From positions 51,899,444 through 51,944,449 of the forward strand of contig NC_057728.1 in assembly GCF_004010195.1 (NCBI RefSeq): DNA of 45,006 nt. The letters run 5' to 3'. The stretch comes from Chiloscyllium plagiosum (Eukaryota). How positions within the stretch are numbered: the first letter of the stretch is position 1; each line of letters starts with the position of its first letter. The notes beneath the pieces were generated by a model. It was not told the origin of the DNA, did no database searches, and was given only the letters and a program-made list of their open reading frames with translations. A program made the position numbers and the translations under genes. Below, in pieces: positions 12,245 to 22,640 of the stretch.

Positions 12245-12585
12245 CATAGAATCCCTACAGTGTGGAAACAGGCCATTTGGCCCAACAAATCCACACCGAC
12301 TCTCAAAGAGTAACCCATTCCCCATCCTATTATTTTATATTTACCCCTGAGTAATGCACCTAACCTACACATCCCTGAACATTATGGGCAATTTTGCATG
12401 GCCAATTCACCTAACCTGCACGTCTTTAGATTGTGGGAGGAAACCGGAGCACCCAAAGGGACCCACACAGACACGGGGAGAACATGCAAACTCCACACAG
12501 ACAGTTGCCTGAGGTTGGAATCGAACCTGGGTACCTGGCACTGTGAGGCAGCAGTGTTAACCACTGAGCCACTGTGCCACCTCAT
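12245..12585 (-). mobile_element. HE1-type (V-SINE) elasmobranch SINE, near full length
   Basis: Minus strand ggtggcacagtggctcagtggttaacactgctgcctcacag..ggttcgattcc..ctgtgtggagtttgcatgttctccccgtgtctgtgtgggt..ggtgctccggtttcctcccaca, with a CR1-like tail. Confidence 0.92.
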
Positions 12586-12594
12586 AAAGTTTGA

Positions 12595-13070
12595 CGTAAT
12601 TTACCTTGGTCACATAACTGCAGCATCACTCAGACCATCCATTTTGACAGCTTTGTCTTTGTGACTTCTAAGCTTGAATATTCCAGTCTACCCCATGCCA
12701 GCCTCTCGTATTTTACTCTTCGGAAACCTGAGGCCCAAAAAGTGCTGCCCATATCCTTACTTGCACCAAGCTCCATTCACCTGTCATGTTGTGATCGCTG
12801 ACCTACACTGGATTCCATTTCAACCTGCCCATGATTGTTTTCCAATCCCTTCATAGCCTCATACATAACCAGATCTGTAATCTCCATCCACCCTACAACC
12901 CTCCAAAATTTCCGTATTCCTCCAATTCTGACTTCTTCAGCAATCTCAATTTTATCTGTTTAACCATTGGCGTTCAGCTACCAAGGCACTAAGCTCTGTA
13001 CTTACTTTCCTTAAACCTCTCTCCATTATCTCTCTTTCTTCCTTTAACAAACTTTTAAAAAGTTATCTTT
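12595..13070 (+). mobile_element. L2-clade LINE 3' remnant
   Basis: Decayed 'HITPVLADLHWLP'-like segment (..atcgctgacctacactggattcc) and downstream gcgttcagc..taagctctg..tccttaaacctct tail. Confidence 0.6.
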
Positions 13071-13084
13071 AATACAGGACACTG

Positions 13085-13352
13085 ATAAGATCACATAAGA
13101 CCATAAGACATAGGAGCAGAAATTAGGCCATTCAGCCCATTGAGTCTGCTCCTCCATTCAATCATGACTGGTAACTTCCTCAATCCCATTCTCCTGCTTT
13201 CTCCCCGTAACCCTTGATACTCAAGAACCTATCTATCTCTGTCTTAAATATACTCAATGACCTGGCCTCCACAGACTTCTGTGGCAATGAGTTCCATAGA
13301 TTCGCCACTCTCTGGCTGAAGAAGTTCCTCATCATCTCCATTCTAAAAGGTC
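13085..13352 (-). mobile_element. CR1 LINE 3' end
   Basis: cataagaccataagacataggagcag tail and ORF RNFFSQRVANLWNSLPQ. Confidence 0.9.
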
Positions 13353-13679
13353 TTCCACATGGACTACTGTGTTCAGTTTTGATTTCCTTATTCAAAAAAG
13401 GACATCATTACATTAGCAGCAGTCCTAAGACCCAGGGGTTGACATTTTCACCTATGAACAGTTTGGGAGTGTTTCCATCTCACTGAAACATTCATGATCT
13501 TGAGTGGATTTGACAGGATAGATCATAAAAAAAAATTGCATTGTAGAGCAGATTACAACTAGGGAGCACAGTTTAAATGTAGCGGACCTGTCATTTAAGA
13601 CAGAGATGATGAGAATTCTCTTTCTCTCAGAGGGTTGCAAATTTGGGAAATTTTCTTCCCCAGAAATTGGTGGAAGCAG

Positions 13680-13965
13680 AGTCATAGAATCCCTACAGCA
13701 CAGGTAGAGGTTGTTCAGTCCATCTGTACTGAACCTCTGAAGGGTGTCCTACCCTATCCTTGCATTAACCATGGTCAATCCACCTGCACATCCCTGGACA
13801 CTACAGGGAAAGTGAGCATGGCCAATCCATGTAACCTGTACATCTTTGGGAGGAAACCGGAGCACCGAAATGAAACTGACACAGACAGTCACCCAAGACT
13901 GGAATCAAACCCAGGTGTCCGGTGCTGTGAGGCAGCAGTGCCAACCACTGAGTCACTGTGCAGCC
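13680..13965 (-). mobile_element. Degenerate HE1-type SINE inserted into an older + strand CR1 tail (13355-14060)
   Basis: ggaggaaaccggagcacc and gctgtgaggcagcagtg motifs. The CR1 sequence resumes at ~13966. Confidence 0.8.
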
Positions 13966-14062
13966 CTGAATATTTTTTAAGCAGCAATAAATACATTTGT
14001 GACTAACAAGAGAGTAAATGGTTACCAGGGATAGATGGGAATGTGGATTTGAGGTTACAGGT

Positions 14063-14405
14063 CTGGGAGGCAATGTTGCAGTGCCTCTGTTACGGTAATC
14101 CAGTTTATGATCAAGGAGACATGGACTCAAGTCACAACATGGCAAATAGTGACATTTTAATTCTGTAAAATCTGGAATAAGGAACTGACCTAATGGTGAC
14201 CATGTAAGCTGCTGTTGTTTGTTGTGAAAACTCATCTGGCTCCTTAATGTCCTTAAGGAAAGTAAACCTGCTGCCCGTCCCTAGCCTACATGTGACTCCA
14301 AACCTACAGCAATGTGGTTAACCTTTAACTGTCTTCTGAGAGTTAGGGATCGGAATAAATGTTGTATTAGCCAGCAATGCACACATCCCGTGAATGAATG
14401 AAAAA
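14063..14405 (+). mobile_element. SINE family A
   Basis: aaatctggaat..taatggtgaccatg..ctcatctggctc..ctacatgtgactcca..cacatcccgtgaatgaatgaaaa. Confidence 0.8.
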
Positions 14406-16074
14406 CAATCAGATCTACCACAATCTTGTCGAATGTTGCAGCAGGATTGGGGGCCAAATGGCCTACTCCTAATTTGTAAATATACATGTTCTCAATCAAT
14501 ACCTCCCTTAACGGACATCTGCTTGAGTCAAATCATGCTTTATAACACACCTATTGGCATGTAGCAATATATTAAAAGCACTAATTAATGTAAGTTGCTG
14601 CAAGTATTCAATGCAGCCCAGACCAGTGGAGTGGTCCACTCTGAGTGAGTCTGTCAGGGTGAAACACTTTGACTGAACAAAGGATCTACACCGGATACGT
14701 TAATGTGTCCAGTTTCCCCCACACATACTGCCTGGCTATGTCCAGCATTTCCCTTTTTGATTTCAATTTTCAAGCATCTGTCAATTATTTTTACAAAAAG
14801 AATACTCCATCCACCTTTATATTTCTCTGTTGCTCTTGACATATTATTAAGTGTGAGAAAGTTTCCGATTCAAACAATGGAAAAGCTAGAGTCAAGACCT
14901 GAAACCTTCCAGTAAATACATGCTGAGAGATTAAAAGGGATATTGCTTATTTGCATATCTTCCACAAGTAAACTTATTCCAGGAATAATTTCACTTATGT
15001 AAATTTATGTAAATGCACTGCCTTGCTGGAGTAACAAAGGCTGGAAATTATATTGCGTGAGAGACAGAAAGAGAGAGAAGCCCCGTTTACTTGGCTTGCA
15101 ATAAAATCTATGGGCAGGCAATGAAAGTGTTTTCTCTGGGAAACTGTGTGTGCGTGAAAATGTTCCCTAGTGAAAACCAGGTTTGCTCTGAACTGGCAGA
15201 GCAGCTAGTTTTAATTTCATCGCTGAAAGTTTCGCAAATAGAAGATGGGAGTTTGAAAGTTGCTGCAGTTTGCCTGGCTGTGTGATAAATGAGCAGACAC
15301 AGACACAGCCCTTGCTTTTTGTATGAATTCAATGAAGCTTGGCTAAAGGACACCCCTGCTGTTCCAGCTACTGATCTAACATTCCAGAACATCACTGCCT
15401 TCTGCTGCCTCTTTAATTGCACATTAATCCCTCCCCCTATCCTTTAAGATCCACATGTACGGTCTTAGTGAACTGCCCAAAGCTGTGGGAAAACACAACC
15501 TACTCTGGCCAACTTTGCAGACAAAGAACTTTCTCTCACATCCCGCATCCCTGGGTTTTGCTTCAACGGGAGGGACTGAAACTGAAAATTCTGTTCTGCA
15601 GCTGACTTCACAATTTCACTGAGTCAGTGTGCCACCACAATGCCTTCTCTTGAAAGCATTTTCAGGTTAGAAATGAGCCTAGATCTGGTGTTTCAGTTGT
15701 TGAAGTGTGTAGGGAGTAGTAGTAATTTAAGGATGGCAACCTACAAGGATCTGTCTGGGATTTGTGGGCAGGTGGGTGAGACAGGTTCACCATATTGATG
15801 ACTTAAAGCTACTCCAAAGACTTGACCCTGCTACCATCAATTCCTCTTTATGTCCTGGCATTCTACTTTGGTTGAAAGAATATAAAGTTGTGTGGCTCTG
15901 ATTTGAATGTAATCTAAACTCTAAAACACCGAAGAGATGGAGATATCTTTAGATGATTTGGTTTGTCCAAGAAAACTGTCAAAAGTCTCATTAATAAAGC
16001 AGGCTGTGATTCTGTTTTGTACACGAGTTGTGGTTTCCATAACAATTGGAACCTGAACCTGAATCCACGTCACA

Positions 16075-16812
16075 AAGAGAGACAGCATCACAGAAAGAGA
16101 CATGCAGAGAATCAAAGCATGTGCATTTGAGAGACAAATATACAGTATTACAGAGCCTGAGAAATATTGAGAATGTGCAGGTAGCACAAACACACAATCA
16201 CACACTCACATAGACACATGCTCTCACACGCATGCACACACAGAACCACACAGGGGAAGAAATAAACATTTAAGAATGTGAGAGAGAAAGAAGCACAGGA
16301 GACATGTTTCAAGGAGAAAAGAAACACAAATATAGATAAAGACACAGGAAAAGAGAGTGAGACATAGATACACAAAGGTAAAGACACTGGGAAGAGAGAG
16401 CTGGATTCAGACAGAGACACATAGAGCTAAAGACACAAGGAAAGAGAGACAGGCAGACAGACAGGTACAGTGAGACAGAGTCACACACAGGGACAGAGAG
16501 AGAGAGATTGAGACAGAGGGACACATAGAGCTAAAGAAAGACAGACGGACAGACAAAGTGAGACAGAGATACGCACAGATATGGATACGGAAAGAGAGAG
16601 ACATTGAGATTGAGACAGAGACACGCATAGAGATACAGACACACACATAGGCGCACACAGACACACACAGAGGCGCACACAGACACACACAGAGGCGCAC
16701 ACAGACACACACAGAGACACCCACAGACACACACAGAGGCGCACACAGACACACAGAGATCAAGACAGAGACACACACAGAGACACCCACAGACACACAC
16801 AGAGATTGAGAA
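16075..16812. repeat. Compound (GA)/(CA) microsatellite with higher-order ~20-bp units
   Basis: Repeated acacacagag/gagacagag, and cacacagaggcgcacacaga-type units at ~16640-16800. Confidence 0.95.
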
Positions 16813-17367
16813 AGCCTGGATTGAAGCAGTGGGAGTGTCTTGTAATGTTGGTAATCTGGCTAAATACCCCTTGGCTGGAAGATGAGACAGAATTCACTGA
16901 TCCATTTAAATGCTTTACAGTTTATTAGCCTAACTTTGGAGAGGATTTTGTGATAATTATTTGAAAATACTGCAAGGATTTCAACAAAAGGTTGTTCCTT
17001 TCGGATATTTCCTGGGGCACTTCCAACTTTTTGACATGAAACATTGCAGCTTAGAAAATTCTTAAATTTCAGAATGTCACAAGCAGAAGCTTTCAAAAGA
17101 TGGCTCGCTCCCAGTTCCAAAGCCGGACTCACTCCCCACCCGGCTTCCCAAGGCCGGTTAACTCTTGGCTACCAAGCAAGCTCATTCTTCAACCCTTGCT
17201 CTTTCCACACTGCCCCAGGAACCAAGCCAACTCTACTACTCCACAGCCACTGAGCTAACTCACTCCCAGTCACTATCCCAGTGCACGTCCAACCTTACAG
17301 GCTACCAGGCTGGTTCACCTCTGGTTACCAAATGTGCCCTGCCCCGGTTACTGAGCCAACTGCTCAC

Positions 17368-17491
17368 CTTGCCGAAGCTTGCTGCATTAACTGGCTGTGT
17401 GTCATTCTTCTCACAGAAGTCCAGGTAGTGCATGTACAGAGCACTGCGAGGTATACAGACTCCTTCTGCAATCTCATAGTTCTCCTCAAGC
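17368..17491 (-). CDS. RFX4: RFX4 coding exon (exon 4 equivalent, 124 nt), first part of the RFX winged-helix DNA-binding domain
   Basis: tttctgttccattcag|G CTT GAG GAG AAC...GGC AAG|gtgagc encodes (W)[41 protein letters not shown]. Visible in ORF 17302..17520. Confidence 0.98.
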
Positions 17492-17920
17492 CTGAATGGA
17501 ACAGAAATGAGGTTAATCAATTATCCAGTGTAGCCTTCCTTCAGAGCGGGAACATCAATGATTTTCTATACGATAGAAATCCTGTTATTAAACTGTTGAT
17601 TATGCTATTTTAAGGAATTGCTTCCTCTATATCATTACAAACAGAGTAAATTAAAACACACTGCTCTGAACAAACAGCAAATCTCAGATTGTTCAGGATC
17701 CAAGGAGAGGTCAGCAGTGTTTATATTAAAACCACAAAATGTTACTGATAATTACCGTACAACTTGTATAACTGATGTTCTGTTAATGGTGGAAGGAGGG
17801 AGTGTGCAGAGAAAGAGATTGAAGAAAGACAAAGGCGGATAGGAGGAAGTAGAGGGTGAAAAGAGATCGGGGTGGGTAAAAACTGAGGGGCAGATTGGCC
17901 TCGTTCACTTATGAACTCAC

Positions 17921-17981
17921 CATTGCAGGGTGGCCGGGGTTGAGTGTGGTTTCGAGGCTCGGTTGTTTTCCTTCTCTTCAT
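17921..17981 (-). CDS. RFX4: RFX4 coding exon (exon 3 equivalent, 61 nt)
   Basis: tttgtttctgaattaacag|AT GAA GAG AAG...CTG CAA TG|gtgagt encodes [20 protein letters not shown](W), identical to the recalled RFX4 sequence. Phase 1 in, phase 2 out. Confidence 0.96.
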
Positions 17982-18049
17982 CTGTTAATTCAGAAACAAA
18001 TAGAACTGAGTTGTCCCAACTTTTCAGTGATGAACTCTACACAATGCCT

Positions 18050-18200
18050 CTCATCAACACCCACCTAGACTCTCACAAAAACATGCAGCCCACTTTCACA
18101 CTATCAAATATCCACCCTTATATACCAACACACACCCACCCTCTCACACCATTACACACCCACCCTCTCACAACATCACACACCGCCTTCTCACACACTA
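18050..18200. repeat. CA-rich low-complexity repeat
   Basis: acacacccaccctctcac units. Confidence 0.8.
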
Positions 18201-18417
18201 AAATTAAACAAATTGTCTCATCTATGTTTTACTTAAAGATCTAAGACACTAATCGGTGAGTGTTTAAATCTGCTGGAACTTTTGTAGCCTAAATCTGTTC
18301 AACTCTGTCCAAATCCCAGACTGGGACAGTCTAAATCTGTCCAAATCACAGAGCAGAGGCCCCAAATGGTTACCACAGGAATGAGCCCTTCTGTTAATTA
18401 AACCAAACACCCAGAAA

Positions 18418-18644
18418 AGCTCAGAGTCGAGTATGGGGTGCTGGAAAAGCACAGCAGGTCAGGCAGCATCCGAGAAGGAGAATCGACGTTTCAGGCATAA
18501 GCCCTTCATCAAGATTATCTGCATAATGAAGGGATTATGCCTGAAACATTGATTCTCCTGCTTCTTGGATGCTGCCTGATCTGCTGTGTTTTTCCAGCAC
18601 CACACACAACTCTGATCTCCAGTATTTGCAGTCCTCACTTTCTC
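18418..18644. mobile_element. Penelope-terminus fold-back element with two opposed decayed hammerhead cores
   Basis: gtgctggaaaagcacagcaggtcaggcagcatcc.. and ..ggatgctgcctgatctgctgtgtttttccagcac are inverted. TSD cacccagaaa at 18408-18417 and 18645-18654. Confidence 0.85.
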
Positions 18645-18739
18645 CACCCAGAAACTGATGGCCAAATTTGGTACCCTTGGGAATGGTCTCAAATAGGACC
18701 TTGGGTTCATGTTACACTGCAGGTGATCCCACTGCACAA

Positions 18740-18960
18740 TACACACTCTCTCATACACTCCTACCTACTCTCACACCCATGCAGACCCTCCCTCATACAC
18801 AAGTTCTCCCTCATATGCACACACATATACACCCCGCACTCAAACCAACACACACACACCCTCTCACACCATCGCACACACACCCTCTCACACCATCGCA
18901 CACCCACCCTCTCAAACTAATACACCCATCCTCACACACCAATACACAATCCCATTCTCT
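18740..18960. repeat. CA-rich microsatellite with 24-bp tandem units
   Basis: cacacacaccctctcacaccatcg repeated at ~18850-18915. Confidence 0.88.
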
Positions 18961-19094
18961 GAATTCTGCAAGAACGCCTTTCATTTGCATCATGTTATAG
19001 CATTCGCAATGCTTATCATGTCATGCTTGCACTGATTTAGGGAATTACCTTTTTGAGAGTGAGTACGACGCCCACATTATTCGAGTTCATATGC

Positions 19095-19510
19095 TTCTCT
19101 CATCATTGGTGTGATGTGAGCATCACTGGCTCGGCCAGTATTCATGGTCCAACCCTAATTGCACTTGAGAAGATAGTGGTGAGCTACGTTTATGAACCAC
19201 TGCAGAACATGTAGGGCAGTTGACCCACAATGTCACAAGGGAGAGCATTCCAGGATTTTGACCCAGTGACATGAAGGGAGGGAATTCCATGATTTTGACC
19301 AAGTGACAATGAAGGAACAGTGATATATATCCAAGTCAGGGTGGTGAGTAACTTGAAGGGGAACTTGAAGGTGGTGGTGTTCCCATGTATCTGCTGGCCC
19401 TGTCCTTCTAGATTGTAGTGATTGTTGTTTTGGAAGGTGCTTTTGGAAGAATCTTAGCAAATTGCTGTAGTGCATCTTGTAGATGGTACACCCTGTGGCT
19501 ACTGTTTGCT
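19095..19510 (-). mobile_element. L2-clade LINE 3' end
   Basis: [46 protein letters not shown], the same family as 34255-34815. Internal ~37-bp tandem duplication at ~19245-19318. Confidence 0.8.
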
Positions 19511-19604
19511 AATGATATTTCATAATGCCCTTGGACTGTTCTCTTTCTGGGCTTGTTTGTTATCGAAGTCCTGTTCCCAGTCAAAGCACCCACCCAGTAC
19601 TCAC

Positions 19605-19694
19605 GTTCCTCACCAATGGACACGTTCCCCAATGAGGTGTGGTTTGGAAACCTTTTGCTTTCACTCTCGCTGAGGCACCTTTCAATCCAACTCT
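19605..19694 (-). CDS. RFX4: RFX4 coding exon (equivalent to exon 2 of the long mammalian isoform)
   Basis: Minus strand reads ttttctgttacag|AG AGT TGG ATT GAA...GAG GAA C|gtgagt and encodes (E)[29 protein letters not shown], matching the recalled RFX4 N-terminus [26 protein letters not shown]. Phase 1 at both ends. Confidence 0.93.
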
Positions 19695-20611
19695 CTGTAA
19701 CAGAAAATAAATCCATCAACGCTCAGTCTTCACCAATTGAAATGGCTCTCTTCTAAGTCAGTGTAATTATCAACATGCACAGACCTCAGTAGTACTGACT
19801 CTCTGGGTCACACCAGTCTGGACAGATTTGGATGGCGAAACTCAATGCGCCCACCGTATAATTTACTCCAGCTCCTATTTCATGTGTTTTTATGCAATCT
19901 ACAATCCTGCTTAACCTTCTAGTCAATTCTTGAATTTATATCCACATTTACAGAAGGCACAGTCCCTAGGAGAGAGGAGTTGAGTGTCAATGGGTTTGCC
20001 ATTTATATTGCAGAGGTACACTTGTGAAAGTCATTGCTTAATTAAGTACCTAGAGCACTTATAAAGAGACTAATGTACAGTGAACTCTCGGCTGGTAGCA
20101 TCTCCTGTTATCAGGAAGACAGGGGTTTAGACTTCCAATTGCAAACGTTTCTCCCTTTCGCGTTATCCAGGGTCAGTTTATACTTAAGGCTTGAGTTACC
20201 ATTTGGGGCTGGAATGCAACACCACCTTCTAAGGTCCAATCCAAATGTTCAATGTTTCCTTTCAAAATCTGATTTTGCTGTAGTCCACCCTTTAAGAGGT
20301 GGTTATTGAGTAATTCAGTTCATTTGGTTTTCAAAAGTTTGCAAGGCCAGACTGCAAGGAAGCAGAAAGGTTTAATAGTGGGGGCTAACGTATCTCATAC
20401 TCTCTTATGAAATGTCATCAAACTGAAACATTGGTTACTCTCTCCACAGGTTGCTGCCAAATCTCTGGATTATTTCCAGCACTTTGTTCTTATTTCAGAT
20501 TTCCAGCAATGTAGCATTTTGCTTTTGAATATGTAATGCTGCAATCTGTTAATAAACCTATTATCATGCAAAGTGTTAATGTCTAATTCCATTCTTCCCC
20601 TAATTGGCTTG

Positions 20612-22077
20612 GGATAAGACCATAAAGCCAAAAGAAATAGACACAGGAGGAGGCCATTCAGCCCCTCATACCTGCTCCACCATTCAATGGGATCATGGCT
20701 GATCCCCTTTCCTCACTTTCCTGCCCTTTCCCCATAACTCTTGGTTCATCGACTGATCCAGAATCTTCCTATGTCAGCCTTAAATGTACACAAGGACTCT
20801 GCCCCCATAGCTTTCTGCGGCAAGGAGTTCTAAAGACTCACAACCATCTAAGAAAAGAAATGCCACCTCATCTAGGCTTAAATTGGTATCCCTTTATTCT
20901 GAGACTGTGCCCTCTGGTCCTAGACTCTTCCATGAGGGGGAACTTCTCTCAGCATTTACCCTGTCCAGCCCCTTAAGAATTCTCTATGTTTCAATGAAAT
21001 CCTCTCTCATTCTTCTAAACTCCAGAGTTCCAACCTGTTTAGCTCTTGGTCACAAGACAATCCCTCTAAACCAGAGATCATCCAAATGAACCTTCTCTGA
21101 TAAGCCTCTAAAGAAATGACATATTTCATTAAATAAGGAAACCAAAACTGCTCACAGTATTCCAGATGTGGTCTCACCAGCACCTTGTACAGTTGCAATG
21201 ATACTTCCCTACTCTTATACCCCTTGAGCTAAAGGCCAACATTCCATTAGCCTTCCTGATTACCTACTGCACCTGTGTGCTGGCTTTCTGTATTTCTAGC
21301 TCAAGTACTCCCAAGTGTTTCGGTGTTGCAGTTTTTTCTTCAAGTAAATAATATTCTGTTCTTTTGTTCTCCTTTCCAACATGAACAACTTCCCATTTTC
21401 CCATGCAATGCTCCATTTGCCAACTTTTTGCCCACTTACTTAACCGATCAATGTCTCTCTGTAAACCATTTGTACCCCTCTCACAGTTTGCCTGTTTTGG
21501 CGTTGTCTCCAAATTTGGCTACAGTACATTCACGTCCTTCCTCCCTGTCATTAATACCAATTGTATACAGTAGTGGTCCCAGCTATGATCCCTGTGGAAC
21601 CCCACTGGTAAACGGGTCACCAAACTGAAAAAGAACACCTTAACCCCTCTTGCTGTTTCCTGCCCATGAGCCAATTCTCTGTCTATATTACTATACAATC
21701 TCCAACACCGTGGGCTCTGATCTTATTAGTTAACCTTTTGTGAGGAGCTTGTCTGGAATTGCAAATACAACACTTCTGCTGGTTCCCCTCTATCCATTCT
21801 GATTGCGACTTCCTTTAGAAACTCGAATGAATCAGTTAGACACTGATTTCCCTTTCATGAAGCCATGCTGACTCTGCTCGATTTAATTATGATTTTCCAA
21901 AGGTTGTGCTATTGCTTCCTTAATAATTGATTCTAATACTTCTCCAGCAATAGATGTTAGGCTAATCGGCCTGTAGTCACATGCTGTTAGCCTTCCTCCC
22001 CTTTTGAATAGGAATATAACATTAGCAATTTTCCAATCCTCTGGTACTTCCCCAGAATCCAACATTTTTGGGATCAA
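20612..22077 (-). mobile_element. CR1 LINE RT and 3' UTR, 5'-truncated
   Basis: SGEVPEDWKIANV..YRPISLTS, LQRDIDRLSKWAKSWQM, LYKVLVRPHLEYCEQFW. Confidence 0.95.
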
Positions 22078-22424
22078 GATATTAGTAGGGCCATAAGCTC
22101 CTGGAAGAGTCAGCTATCTCTACATCTCCAATGTGGTCACATAGTGTAGAAATGACTTCAGTTCTGTATTAGCATGGGCTGTATAATGACAGTGATCTCC
22201 CAATCCTGACCCCCCCCCCCCCAAAGACTTGACATTGAGCATAATGAAAGACAAATCATCATTTAAAAGTTCTTAAGACTTCATGGGAAATTCATCATTT
22301 AAATATGGACTGGTGTGAATAGGAGAGAGAGAAGACTTCATCCCATCACCATTCAGTGCATAAGTCTGAGCAAGATCAGAGAGGCCCCTGGTTTCAAGTG
22401 AGCCTTTTAATGAAGAAGAGGCTC

Positions 22425-22640
22425 ACATTTTCTCTCTGTCCCTCTATCTCCTACTTTCTCTACCTCACTCTCTCCCTCTCTCTCGCTCCCAGTCACACTT
22501 TCACTCACTCGCTCTCATTTTCTACCACTGTGACATTCTCTCAGACACTCTCTCTCACTCTCACACACTCTCATACACACACACTATCTCTCTCACACAT
22601 ACTCTCTCTCTCTCACACACATACATGCACACACATTTTT
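22425..22640. repeat. (CT)/(CA) microsatellite
   Basis: Visible dinucleotide runs. Confidence 0.9.

Noticed and set aside
12500..12585. tRNA gene
   Set aside because: It is the tRNA-derived head of an HE1 SINE, not a complete cloverleaf gene.
16148..16800. Cys/Val/Leu-rich ORFs
   Set aside because: They are translations of dinucleotide microsatellite.
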